Positions 32,692 through 42,850 are shown, counted from the first letter of the stretch. The stretch is DNA of 42,926 bases from an uncultured Bacilli bacterium (GCA_947588765.1 CANPZG010000005.1:1-42926); one strand, 5' to 3'. Translations and numbers: made by a program. Notes: generated from the sequence alone by a model not told the origin.

Positions 32692-33704
32692 TATTCTCCT
32701 TTCCGATTATCTATCTCTTCATCTATATAATTTAATAAACTTACTATTCTTTGATAATCCATTCTCTTTGGTCCAATTATGGCAATAGTTTTTTCTTCAC
32801 CATCAATTGTATATTTTTTTCGAATAATTGTAACATTAGGGTCAAACTCTGATTCTTCACCAATATAGATTTTTACCTCATCATCAGTCGCATCATTCGC
32901 TTCAATTCTTTTAATAAAAGCCATATCTTCTAGTTTATTGGCGAGTCTTTTCATCTCATTAACATTATTATATTCCGGCTGTTCGAATATTTTTGTTCGT
33001 CCACTTACATGAATATTATTACTATTGTTATTAACAAAATCACTAAAGGCATCATAGAAAATATTATAGATTGCTTCATATTGTTTAATTTGTTTTTTAA
33101 TAATTGGTTTTATTTCTAATTCCAATCTTTCACTAACTTCATCAATTGGTGTACCCGCCAGTCTTTTATTTACTAATTCACAAACTTTAGTTACTTCCAT
33201 TAAATCAGTACCATCTTTTAGTTCAAAAGTTTTATTTTCAACATGTCCTTTATCAGTACAAACTACAGCCACTACATGACTAGGATTTAAAGGAATAATA
33301 TTAATTTGTAATAACATATTATCTTTACTAGAATTACCTAAAACAACACTAGTATAATTAGTAATTTCACTAATTATTTCCATACACTCAATAATGGCAT
33401 CAGATAATTGTAAATCATTATTCGCAAATATCGTTTGGAGTTTTAACATATCTTTACCATTTAACTGTTCTGGTTGCATTAAGTGTTCTACATAATATTT
33501 ATATCCTTTTTCACTTGGAACCCGACCACTACTTATATGATTTTTTTCAATATAACCTAATTCTTCTAAATGAGCCATTTCATTACGAATGGTTGCACTA
33601 GAACAATTAAATTTATCACATAAAGCTTTGGATCCTACTGGTTTAACAGTTTTGATATAAACTTCGACTATTTCTTTTAAGAGGTTATTTTGTCTTTCGT
33701 CCAT
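32691..33704 (-). CDS. hrcA: Heat-inducible repressor HrcA (likely start 33704)
   Basis: PVGSK, SSATIRNEM, SSGRVPS.KGY and IIGPKRMDY. Confidence 0.97.
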   Translation of the reverse strand: MDERQNNLLKEIVEVYIKTVKPVGSKALCDKFNCSSATIRNEMAHLEELGYIEKNHISSGRVPSEKGYKYYVEHLMQPEQLNGKDMLKLQTIFANNDLQLSDAIIECMEIISEITNYTSVVLGNSSKDNMLLQINIIPLNPSHVVAVVCTDKGHVENKTFELKDGTDLMEVTKVCELVNKRLAGTPIDEVSERLELEIKPIIKKQIKQYEAIYNIFYDAFSDFVNNNSNNIHVSGRTKIFEQPEYNNVNEMKRLANKLEDMAFIKRIEANDATDDEVKIYIGEESEFDPNVTIIRKKYTIDGEEKTIAIIGPKRMDYQRIVSLLNYIDEEIDNRKGE

Positions 33705-33716
33705 TATTTCCTCCAA

Positions 33717-33790
33717 TTAGCACTACTAACATTTCAGTGCTAATATCATTATAATATTATGCTTAGCACTTGTCAATATATAACTGCTAA
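33717..33790 (-). promoter_or_regulatory. Two CIRCE elements around the hrcA sigmaA promoter
   Basis: TTAGCACT-N11-AGTGCTAA at 33717-33743; degenerate copy at 33763-33790 over the -35; TTGACA-17-TATAAT on the minus strand. Confidence 0.9.
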
Positions 33791-33968
33791 TTTTACAATT
33801 TTTTTGGATATAAATATTTATGTAAAATTGGTTTACATTTTGTAGATTAAATTTAGTATTTGTTTTATAATGCAAATAGAGATACCCGAGTTGGTGCTTC
33901 CCTCGTTAGTCCAATTGAATTTATTTTTAAAAGGAAAGCGAGGTGATGTCCTATGGTTGTGGAGATTT

Positions 33969-34031
33969 ATGGAGTACTTAGTTATCCTCGTGGTAATTTT
34001 GTACCTAATTCAAAACATTCAGAAACATTAA
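33969..34031 (+). CDS. Putative type I toxin peptide MEYLVILVVILYLIQNIQKH
   Basis: Short hydrophobic ORF with a polar tail inside a transcript whose 5' and 3' ends pair; in-frame TTG at 33957. Confidence 0.6.
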   Translation: MEYLVILVVILYLIQNIQKH

Positions 34032-34155
34032 AAAATGAGCACCATATCTTCTTAGATAAGGTGCTCCAACCAAAATTTATGGACTAACGAGCACCACAAT
34101 GGGCATCTCTTTTTTGTCCTATGAATACAGAACAAAGATATATTTCTTCGTTCAA
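34030..34155 (-). ncRNA. Putative antisense antitoxin RNA
   Basis: TTGAAT(34189-34184)-18-TATAAT(34165-34160); terminator GAGCACC..GGTGCTC plus a T-run ending at the toxin stop codon. Confidence 0.65.
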
Positions 34156-34334
34156 TAATATTATACACTATAATTCAATATAAATTCAAGTAAATATTTA
34201 AAAACAAGTATTTCAAATAAAAAAATAGCACCTATAATTAAGTGCTAACTCAAATTGTGGAGATACATCTAAGTCAAAAGATTATATCTCTTTTTTATAA
34301 TAAAACCCTCAATATAAGGGAAATATTTATAATA

Positions 34335-34411
34335 TGGTGTCCCCGAGGTGATTCGAACACCTGACCGATCGCTTAGAAGGCGATTGCTCTATCCAGCTGA
34401 GCTACGAGGAC
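34335..34411 (-). tRNA. tRNA-Arg(TCT)
   Basis: Cloverleaf, ATCGC-CTTCTAA-GCGAT, encoded CCA. Confidence 0.97.
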
Positions 34412-34484
34412 AACAACTGAATAAATTATATAATAAATTTCTTATGAAATCAAGTTTCTTTTTTATTATTCCCTAAATTATTAA

Positions 34485-35417
34485 TTATAAACCTATAGTA
34501 TCAATTAATTCATCATCTACACTAAAAGAAACTTCTTTAACATTATAAGTATCTCTCAAGGATAGAGCAATCGAATACTTAACCTCTTCTAAGATTTCTT
34601 TTTCATCTAAATTAGCTAATAAATAATTATTAAAACTTAAAGATATTTTATCTTCTAATAACTCATAATTTTGTAAAACTGCTGAAGCTTTTAAATAACT
34701 AATTAAATTAGTATGATATATCGGAGTTGATTGTAAATTTTTAATTATTACTTCTACTCTTTCCGTATCATCATTAGTTATTTCTGTAACGGGAACATAA
34801 TAATAAAAATCATTATCTTTACTTAAATAATAAACGGTTGTTTTAGATGTATCTTTAATTGAATCTAAATTATATATTTTATTGATACCATAATTTTTAT
34901 CTAAAGTATTAGGTAATTTTTTATTAGAATTAGGTAACCTAATTAATTGTTCACCTTCCACAAAAATCATTAATTTATTAACATCATTTATCTCAGTTAG
35001 TGAATAAATCAAAGATTCAATCATTTTTTCTTCATATAATTTATCAATAGTTAAAAACTCTTTACTAAAATTTAGTTTTAATAGGCCTTCACTTAAACTT
35101 AAATCAATTAATTTGGTATTTTTAGGAATTATCGCTTTAAAATTTTCCGGAATATAATTAGATTTAGAACCCCCAATAGTTAAAGCATCAACTATTTCTT
35201 TAATAATATCTAAAGTTTCTTCTTTATTTTTAACAATGGTAGTTCTAGCCACATAATTATTTTTATCTAATAAAAAAATGGGCATTTCAATGGAATCAAT
35301 ATAAGTAACTGATTCTTCAATAAATTCATCTTCCGTAGGAAAAAAATAAATAATAAGTAAGATTATTAATGCTAAAGAGGCAAGTAAAATACGCCGTAAA
35401 GCCGATTTTTTTAACAT
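34485..35417 (-). CDS. gerM: GerM-like protein with two GerMN domains
   Basis: LLDKNNYV, F.AIIP..T, SLTE...V....VEG, GIN and YYVPVT; adjacent to gerE. Confidence 0.85.
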   Translation of the reverse strand: MLKKSALRRILLASLALIILLIIYFFPTEDEFIEESVTYIDSIEMPIFLLDKNNYVARTTIVKNKEETLDIIKEIVDALTIGGSKSNYIPENFKAIIPKNTKLIDLSLSEGLLKLNFSKEFLTIDKLYEEKMIESLIYSLTEINDVNKLMIFVEGEQLIRLPNSNKKLPNTLDKNYGINKIYNLDSIKDTSKTTVYYLSKDNDFYYYVPVTEITNDDTERVEVIIKNLQSTPIYHTNLISYLKASAVLQNYELLEDKISLSFNNYLLANLDEKEILEEVKYSIALSLRDTYNVKEVSFSVDDELIDTIGL

Positions 35418-35474
35418 AGAAACCCCCTACTGTAATTATATTTATCTAAATAAAAAAAAGACCGAAGTCTTTGA

Positions 35475-35681
35475 TTAAATTGTTAATTCTCCCATTTTGA
35501 TTAGTTCCACAACAGCTTGAGCTCTTCCTTTTACTCCTAATTTTTGAATAGCATTAGATATATGATTACGCACTGTTTTTTCACTAATTCCTAAAAATGA
35601 TGCGATTTCTTTCGTGGATTTATTTAAAACAAGTAAATCAAATACTTCTTGTTCTCTTTCGGTTAATATACCTTTTTTCAT
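35475..35681 (-). CDS. gerE: Sporulation transcription factor GerE
   Basis: LT.RE.EVF.LLV..K.TKEIA..L.ISEKTVRNHISNA.QKLGVKGR.QAVVEL. Confidence 0.95.
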   Translation of the reverse strand: MKKGILTEREQEVFDLLVLNKSTKEIASFLGISEKTVRNHISNAIQKLGVKGRAQAVVELIKMGELTI

Positions 35682-35711
35682 GTTTCACCTCTTAAATAAA
35701 ATACTTCATAG

Positions 35712-35741
35712 TATTTTATGAAGTATTCATTTATTTGGTGC
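35712..35741 (-). promoter_or_regulatory. sigmaK-like promoter of gerE
   Basis: GCAC followed after 17 nt by CATAAAATA. Confidence 0.55.
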
Positions 35742-35744
35742 ATA

Positions 35745-36233
35745 TTACGCTTCGAATTTAACAGTTATATATTTTTGTTTATCATATAAAGCTTGGACGG
35801 AACGAATAATTTTATTAGCCATTTCCGTACTATGTTCTTTACTAGATACGACAATATTGATATTATCTCCCGATATTTTGACAAAGCAATCATAATTATA
35901 AGTTTCGGTAATTAATTTTTCGATTTTTTCAACTTCACCTTTAATTGTATTTAATGCTTGTAAGGACTCATAAGCATCATTTTTTTCTTCTAAAGTTGAT
36001 GCTTCATCAAGTAATATATCTTGATAAGATTGCATTTGTTGCATCATTTCTTCATCAGATGCTACTCTTAGAGCCACTAAAACATTAGACTCATCAACCT
36101 CAATTGTCTCTTTACTGGTATTATCTCCCGCTAGAGTTGCTAAAGCCTCATCATCCATTGAGACATAATAGATTCCTAAAACTAAAATAAGTGAAAATAA
36201 TGTTACAAACCATAAATTTTGTTTATTAATCAT
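35745..36233 (-). CDS. spoIIIAH: SpoIIIAH-like protein
   Basis: KQNLWFVTLFSLILVLGIYYV, EKNDAY..L and a C-terminal ring-building-type motif; sigmaE-like CATATACT upstream. Confidence 0.85.
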   Translation of the reverse strand: MINKQNLWFVTLFSLILVLGIYYVSMDDEALATLAGDNTSKETIEVDESNVLVALRVASDEEMMQQMQSYQDILLDEASTLEEKNDAYESLQALNTIKGEVEKIEKLITETYNYDCFVKISGDNINIVVSSKEHSTEMANKIIRSVQALYDKQKYITVKFEA

Positions 36234-36291
36234 ATCTTTCCTCCAAAATCTACTAAAGTATATGTAACAAGTTATTAATTATTATTAAAAT

Positions 36292-36750
36292 TTAATCTAT
36301 TAGTTCACTATCTTGGAATAAAGTAATATTTTTTAAATTTTGATTGATTAAATTTAAAACTGTAATATCATCATCAACTAAAATTATTTTTTCATCTATC
36401 TTTATATTTTTTAAATAATTTAGTTTGATAACGGATGCATGATCATTGTCAAAGTCTTCTCGAGCTAATATTACTCTTCTTCCTTTAAGAATAAAGGAAG
36501 CATGTTCATCTAGCCAAGCATTTTTAATTGTAATTTCATTTGTTTTTCGACAACAAGATAAAATCCATAGTTCAATATTAGGTAAAGTACTTACCTTTTT
36601 TAAAGTATTAATATTCGTCTTGAGTGGTCTTTTAGTCGCAAAATCTAATTTTTTACCAAAATCATATGATGCTATTACGCCATCCATATCAATATAAAGT
36701 CTAACCTTATCAACCTTACTTAAATCTTTAATTAATTCATAAAAATACAT
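36292..36750 (-). CDS. HAD-superfamily hydrolase, 5'-nucleotidase-like
   Basis: YIDMDGVIA, ILS, K..WL and ILVDD. Confidence 0.75.
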   Translation of the reverse strand: MYFYELIKDLSKVDKVRLYIDMDGVIASYDFGKKLDFATKRPLKTNINTLKKVSTLPNIELWILSCCRKTNEITIKNAWLDEHASFILKGRRVILAREDFDNDHASVIKLNYLKNIKIDEKIILVDDDITVLNLINQNLKNITLFQDSELID

Positions 36751-36813
36751 AATTTTCTCCTATCGTAATTATAATTATAACATTTAAAAAGAGATTAGAA
36801 TAGTACCTAATCT

Positions 36814-37719
36814 CTAGCGATATCTTCTTTTAACTAATAATTTTTCTTGGTTATATTCTTGATTATTAGAAAAATTGATAACACTATTATATATTGGATA
36901 AAAAATATTGGCTAATTGTAATATACCTGTACATTCTTGAAACATAGTAAGTGGACCATTTACTAATACTTTATCATCTCTTTTTAAGAGAGTATTTCTT
37001 TCATTTAAAGGAAATAATTTTTTATTAGGAGCAATTAAGCCACGAGTTGAAGACCATAATTCAGCAAGTATAGGTGGAACACAACCATTATGCATGTGAC
37101 CACATACAATTAAATCATAGTTTTCAACTATTTTTAATATATCTGCATCAAGCATATAAACTGGTGAATGAATAAGTAAAATATTTAATTTATCATTATT
37201 TGCATCTTCAGGTAAATTTTGTTTTAAATCTGTTATTAAAATATTTTTATCTTCATTTTTAGTATCATTGTGGTAATAATTAAAACTTTGAGTTATTCCC
37301 GTAATTAAAACATTACCATCATTATATGAAGTATTATTTAAAACATTAACATTAGGTATATTATTCATTTCATCATAGAAATCTTGATTAAATTCATATT
37401 TCCAACTATTATTATCTTTAGCATAAAAATCATGGCTTCCTAAAGATATAAGTGTAGGAGCTATAGTTGCGATATCTTTTAACCAATTTAACAATCTTTT
37501 TTGTTCTTTAGAATCGCGAATCATTTCTAAAGAATCTATTAAATCACCTGGCATTAATATATAATTTGGTGATATTTTAGCTAGCTTTTCTGCGATAAGC
37601 AAAAGTTTCTTATCTTTAATCATATAACTAAAATGTAAATCACTATCTACACTAAAAACTAAGTTATTTTTAACTTTTGCATTAAACAAATTATAGGTTG
37701 TTGTATGAAATATGTTCAT
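36814..37719 (-). CDS. Calcineurin-like metallophosphoesterase (likely start 37719)
   Basis: SDLH, GDLID, GSHD, HSP and GHMHNG. Confidence 0.88.
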   Translation of the reverse strand: MNIFHTTTYNLFNAKVKNNLVFSVDSDLHFSYMIKDKKLLLIAEKLAKISPNYILMPGDLIDSLEMIRDSKEQKRLLNWLKDIATIAPTLISLGSHDFYAKDNNSWKYEFNQDFYDEMNNIPNVNVLNNTSYNDGNVLITGITQSFNYYHNDTKNEDKNILITDLKQNLPEDANNDKLNILLIHSPVYMLDADILKIVENYDLIVCGHMHNGCVPPILAELWSSTRGLIAPNKKLFPLNERNTLLKRDDKVLVNGPLTMFQECTGILQLANIFYPIYNSVINFSNNQEYNQEKLLVKRRYR

Positions 37720-37789
37720 ATATATCCCCCCTTTGATTGCTTTGTATGTTATCACAAATATATTAAATTGTCAATTTTAAATAAAAAAG

Positions 37790-38350
37790 TTAACTTTTTC
37801 TTTCTAAAAATAATGATTTTTTAATGATTTCTTTCTTTTCTTCATCTACTTCTAAATCATAAAAATCTTGATTACATTTTTGATATATTTCTTTAACTTC
37901 TTCTTTAGTTACACCTTCAGTATACCAATTAAAATATTTTAAATAATTTTTATCTTCTTTAAATAAAAGTATTCTACCTGTAACCGTAAATAAATCTATT
38001 ATATCTTTATCATTAATATTTTTAGAATTAGATATCTTTTTAAAACCTAATCTTTCTAAATTTAAAACATCATTTAATATTTCTACACCTTTATAAGAAC
38101 ATTCTGTTAAAGATAATGTTTTTTCAATATAAGTAACTAAATATGATAATACTTTAAAAGCATCTTCTCTATTCATTCCTTTTGGTAAAGTAAATACGTC
38201 AAATTTAGCTTCCATAACACCTATATTATTCTTACGTTTAATATAGTTTTCACCAATTCGAGAATATTCAATATAATGTAGACGATACATATTTTGATTA
38301 CCTAACCCATGATTTTCTAATTCTGCTTCAAATTCATAATCTTTATTCAT
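37790..38350 (-). CDS. Hypothetical protein
   Basis: ORF with SD AGGAGGT. Confidence 0.75.
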   Translation of the reverse strand: MNKDYEFEAELENHGLGNQNMYRLHYIEYSRIGENYIKRKNNIGVMEAKFDVFTLPKGMNREDAFKVLSYLVTYIEKTLSLTECSYKGVEILNDVLNLERLGFKKISNSKNINDKDIIDLFTVTGRILLFKEDKNYLKYFNWYTEGVTKEEVKEIYQKCNQDFYDLEVDEEKKEIIKKSLFLERKS

Positions 38351-38421
38351 AAATCTACCTCCTAGATAATTATTATAACATGTTTAACTCACTAAAAAAA
38401 GAGTTACAATTTTCGTAACTC

Positions 38422-41400
38422 TTAATTCTTAGTTATTTCAATACCTACTGCTTCACCATTTAAATCAATGTCTTGGCTTAAAGTATCACTATAATTAATA
38501 CTAGTTGCTAAAGTTTCATTTTCAATATATTCTTGATGGGCAGCAATTGCTTCTTTAACTAAAGGAGTGGCATTAAATGTTACTTTAATTCGATCAGCGA
38601 CATTATATTCATTAGTTTTCCGAATATTTTGAATTTTGGAAACTAACTCTCTGGCTAAACCTTCTAAAACTAAATCATGAGTAATTTCGGTATTTAGAAT
38701 AATAAAATTATTATTTTCCATACCCACATTAAAGCCTTCTTTTGCTGTAAATCTTATATCAACCATGTCTTTAGTTACATTTATGTCTTCACCATCTAGC
38801 ATCATTTGGATAGTTTCATTATTATTTAATTTAGATACTTCTTCCACTGTTAATTTTTCTAACTTAATTTGGAATTCTTTAATTTTTGAACCTAAAGTTT
38901 TACCAACTTCTTTAAAGTTAGGTTTCACAGTTAAATTCATATATTCATTTAAATCATCAACAAATATAACTTTTTTAACATTCAATTCTTCTTCAATTAA
39001 AGATGTCATATCACCAATAATTTTTTTATTTTTACCATCAATTAAAGCTTCTTGTAATGGTTGTCTAACTTTAATTTTAGCTTCTTCTCTCACATAGCGA
39101 CCTGTACTAATTAAACTACGAACTAAAGCCATTTTAGTTTCTAGTTCTTCATCTATTAGTTTAGCATCATACATAGGATAATCCGTTAAATGAACTGATT
39201 CATCACCCGTTAAATTCCGATACATTTCTTCGGCAATAAATGGTGTAAGCGGAGCAATAAGTTTAGATAGACCTACTAAAACTTCATAAGTTGTAATATA
39301 AACACTTTTCTTTGAATTATCTAAAGTACTTCCCCAGAAGCGATTACGATTACGACGAATATACCAGTTAGATAAATCATCGGAAACAAAATCAGTTAAG
39401 TAATGAACTACTTTATTTAAATCATATTCATCAAAAGCATCCGTAACGTCTTTAACTAAACGATTATATTTAGAAATTAACCATTTATCAATTTCTTCCC
39501 GAGTATCATAATCAACCTTACAATTATCTGTATCAATACCATCAACATTAGCATACATCGTAAAGAAATTATAAGCATTTTTTAAAGGATTAAAGAATTT
39601 CGAATATACTTCTTTTAAACCTTCCATATCAAATTTTAAAGGTGTCCATACTGGAGAAACATAAGGTAAGTAAAATCTTACTACATCAGCACCATATTCT
39701 TTAATAGTAGTAAATGGTTCAACAATGTTACCTCTTGATTTACTCATTTTTTTGCCTTCCGCATCAAGTAATAAATCATTAACTAAAACATTTTTAAAAG
39801 GACTGCAACCTTTAACAAATGTAGAAATTACTAATAATGTATAGAACCAACCTCTTGTTTGATCGATACCTTCACAAATAAAGTCAGCGGGGAATTGTTC
39901 TTCCCAAAGTTCTTTATTTTCAAATGGATAATGATATTGGGCAAATGGCATAGAACCAGAGTCAAACCAACAGTCTAAGACATCACTAATACGTGTCATT
40001 TCGCCACCACATTTAGGACATTTCAAATGAACTTCATCAATATAAGGTTTATGTAAATCTAAATTATCACTTATTTTACTTGTAGCCATTTCTTTTAATT
40101 CACTAATTGAACCAACCATATGATTATAGCCACAACTACATTTCCAAAATGGAATCGGACTACCCCAATAACGACTACGAGAAACATTCCAGTCTTTAGC
40201 ATTAGCTATCCAATTAGCAAAGCGTTTTTCACCAACATAAGCCGGATACCAATTTACTTCGTTATTAGCTTTAACTAAATCATCACGGAATTTACTTACG
40301 GCAATATAATAACTTGGCATTGAATAATAGATTAATGGAGTATGACAACGCCAACAATGTGGATAATCATGCATTATTTTTTGCTTTTTAAATAATTTAT
40401 CATTAGCTTTTAGATAATCAACCACTTCTTCATTAACATCATGAACAAATTTACCTTTCCAAGGACCTTCGGTATAGCAACCGTCTATTCCGACGGGATT
40501 TAGATTTGGTAAATCATAGTTTTTACCAACATTGGCATCATCATCCCCAAAAGCTGGAGCAATATGAACTATACCTGTACCATCTTCCATGGTAACATAT
40601 TCATCACAGGTAACATAGAATGCTTTTTTATCGACATCTAATTCTGGAATTAATTGTTCATATTCCGTGTATTCTAAAGTTTTACCTTTAAATGTATCTA
40701 GGATGTTAGCATCATCTCCTAGAACAGTTTTGACTAAAGATGTAGCTAAAATAAATTTATTACCTTTTGATTCTACTAAAGAATAGTCTTCATTAGGGTT
40801 AACGCATAAAGCCACATTAGCTATCAAAGTCCAAGGAGTTGTCGTCCAAACTAAAAAGTATACGTCTTCTCCCTTTTTCTTAAAAGGAACATACACTGTT
40901 AAAGCTTGGTCTGTTTGATAATCTTGAGCTACTTCATGACTAGCTAAACCTGTTCCGCAATGAGGGCAATAAGGTACTACTCTAGTTCCTTCGTAAAATA
41001 ATCCTTCTTCATAGAATTTTTTTAATATCCACCATTCAGTTTCAATATATTCATTTTTATAAGTTAAATAAGGATTTTCAACATCAATAAATTGACCCAT
41101 TTTACTTGTAAGGTCTGTGAATGCTGCTTCATTTTCTCTAACACTTTTACGACATTCTTCATTAAATTTATCAATACCTAAAGCTTCGATTTCTTTTTTA
41201 GATGAAATACCAAGTTTCTTTTCGACATGATTTTCAATAGGTAAGCCATGAGTATCCCAACCTACTTTTCTTATTACTTTTTTACCTTTCATAACATGAT
41301 ATTTACATAAAGCATCTTTTAAATTTTTAGCAACCATGTGATGCAAACCAGGAAACCCATTAGCAAATGCAGGTCCGTCATAAAAAACAAAAGTTTCGGC

Positions 41401-41517
41401 ATCTTTTCTTAATTCATTTTGACGTTTCATTATTTCATTAATGCCACCCCAAGAATCAAGAATACTTTGTTCGACATCAGCAACTGGTCTTTTGTCTAAT
41501 TCCTTAAAATTTTTCAT
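38422..41517 (-). CDS. ileS: Isoleucine-tRNA ligase, type 2 (IleRS2)
   Basis: DGP..ANG, GWDTHGLP.E, WTTTPWTL, SR.RYWG, EGIDQTRGWF, KMSKS and a long C-terminus with PNFK..G and EGLARE. Confidence 0.97.
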   Translation of the reverse strand: MKNFKELDKRPVADVEQSILDSWGGINEIMKRQNELRKDAETFVFYDGPAFANGFPGLHHMVAKNLKDALCKYHVMKGKKVIRKVGWDTHGLPIENHVEKKLGISSKKEIEALGIDKFNEECRKSVRENEAAFTDLTSKMGQFIDVENPYLTYKNEYIETEWWILKKFYEEGLFYEGTRVVPYCPHCGTGLASHEVAQDYQTDQALTVYVPFKKKGEDVYFLVWTTTPWTLIANVALCVNPNEDYSLVESKGNKFILATSLVKTVLGDDANILDTFKGKTLEYTEYEQLIPELDVDKKAFYVTCDEYVTMEDGTGIVHIAPAFGDDDANVGKNYDLPNLNPVGIDGCYTEGPWKGKFVHDVNEEVVDYLKANDKLFKKQKIMHDYPHCWRCHTPLIYYSMPSYYIAVSKFRDDLVKANNEVNWYPAYVGEKRFANWIANAKDWNVSRSRYWGSPIPFWKCSCGYNHMVGSISELKEMATSKISDNLDLHKPYIDEVHLKCPKCGGEMTRISDVLDCWFDSGSMPFAQYHYPFENKELWEEQFPADFICEGIDQTRGWFYTLLVISTFVKGCSPFKNVLVNDLLLDAEGKKMSKSRGNIVEPFTTIKEYGADVVRFYLPYVSPVWTPLKFDMEGLKEVYSKFFNPLKNAYNFFTMYANVDGIDTDNCKVDYDTREEIDKWLISKYNRLVKDVTDAFDEYDLNKVVHYLTDFVSDDLSNWYIRRNRNRFWGSTLDNSKKSVYITTYEVLVGLSKLIAPLTPFIAEEMYRNLTGDESVHLTDYPMYDAKLIDEELETKMALVRSLISTGRYVREEAKIKVRQPLQEALIDGKNKKIIGDMTSLIEEELNVKKVIFVDDLNEYMNLTVKPNFKEVGKTLGSKIKEFQIKLEKLTVEEVSKLNNNETIQMMLDGEDINVTKDMVDIRFTAKEGFNVGMENNNFIILNTEITHDLVLEGLARELVSKIQNIRKTNEYNVADRIKVTFNATPLVKEAIAAHQEYIENETLATSINYSDTLSQDIDLNGEAVGIEITKN

Positions 41518-41534
41518 ATTTTCTTCCTCCTTCG

Positions 41535-41738
41535 AAAAATAAAAAAAGAATGGCCCTTTAAGGAGTGTTATTTAACACGGTACCATCCTTTTATTTACTT
41601 AATTATCTTAACGCGATTAACGGCATAAAAGCAACTAGTAAGTGATATATATTTATTTTTCGCTTATAGTCTTGCACCAATTTGACTAATTCTCTAAAAG
41701 GAGCCATAAATACACTTGTCTTACATCTTCGTTTTTCA
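41535..41738 (-). promoter_or_regulatory. Ile T-box leader (riboswitch)
   Basis: T-box AAGGATGGTACCGTG (41590-41576), AGAGA and GGTG stem-I motifs, candidate ATC specifier at ~41646-41644, T-run; promoter TTGACT-17-TATAAT upstream. Confidence 0.88.
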
Positions 41739-41792
41739 TTAATAATTATATGTGTTTTACTATTTTTAGTCAAGTATTATTTATTTTTATAA

Positions 41793-42794
41793 TTAATTAG
41801 CTTTGGGAAATTTATAACAACTTGGAACTAACTTTCTGGTTAACTTTTCTCCCGTTTCTTCTAAAGAAGAATCTTTTATTTGACTAGCAGCCGAAAATTC
41901 ATTTCCTCCACCACCCATTTCATGCATAATACTACTTACATCAACACTGCCTCTACTTCGAGCACTAATACTAATAATATCTTCAGTAGTTAAACCAACG
42001 GCAAATGAGGCATCAATATTTCGATATTTAAGAAGATAATCCGCAACTTTAGCTAATTCTTCTCTAGTATAAATTGTTTGGGTATCATCCATGGCTATAG
42101 CAGCTGTATAAGTAATAAACCGGGTTTTCGATACAAGATTTTGCACCTTCCGATCAACTAAATAATCTTCCGCAAAAAATTCCATTACTCGCGCTAGTTC
42201 ACCACCTTTTTTGGTAAGCTTGTAAACAGTTTCCATAGTTTTAGAACTAGCATTTTTGGTAAATTTCGCCGTATCTAGAAAAATACCAGCTAATAAATAA
42301 TCTGCAACACGAGATGAAATTTTAACATTAGAACAAATTAATAATTCTGTTAAAATTTCAGATGCACTAGATAATTTTGGCATAATATATTGATAATCGG
42401 TTACAATTGTATCTTTATCTGGATTATGATGATCAATTACCACAATATTTTTAAACTTATCTAAATAACTACTACAAGCTGATAAATAAGTTTTATTCAT
42501 ATCAACCGTAATAAGTAAGCTATTATCTTTAAGCATTTGTTCTACTTTTTCTTTACTAACAAAACTAGTTATTCCCTTGGCTTCTTTAAAAATAGTTTGC
42601 ATTCCTTGTTCTAGTTTTTCAATATCATCGCTCATAACAACAAAGGCTTCTTTATCAAACTTTTTGACAATTAAACTCATTGCAATAGAAGCTGCTAGGG
42701 CATCATAATCTGCTCTAATATGAGGAGAAATAAAAACATTATCACTATTAGATATTAATTCATCTAACTTAATTTTAAACTCTTTTATATCCAT
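41793..42794 (-). CDS. DHH/DHHA1 phosphoesterase (GdpP catalytic domain-like)
   Basis: H..AD.DA, VIDHH, SSASE, LLAGI.LDT, ISARS and GGGG. Confidence 0.9.
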   Translation of the reverse strand: MDIKEFKIKLDELISNSDNVFISPHIRADYDALAASIAMSLIVKKFDKEAFVVMSDDIEKLEQGMQTIFKEAKGITSFVSKEKVEQMLKDNSLLITVDMNKTYLSACSSYLDKFKNIVVIDHHNPDKDTIVTDYQYIMPKLSSASEILTELLICSNVKISSRVADYLLAGIFLDTAKFTKNASSKTMETVYKLTKKGGELARVMEFFAEDYLVDRKVQNLVSKTRFITYTAAIAMDDTQTIYTREELAKVADYLLKYRNIDASFAVGLTTEDIISISARSRGSVDVSSIMHEMGGGGNEFSAASQIKDSSLEETGEKLTRKLVPSCYKFPKAN

Positions 42795-42850
42795 ATATAC
42801 CTCTTAAAAGCTAATTATAGATATTTTTTAATTAAAAGTCAAATTAACTA

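Noticed and set aside
34226-34247. CIRCE-like TAGCAC..GTGCTA
   Set aside because: The spacer is 3 bp too short and no heat-shock gene follows; it is better explained as the TA-like hairpin
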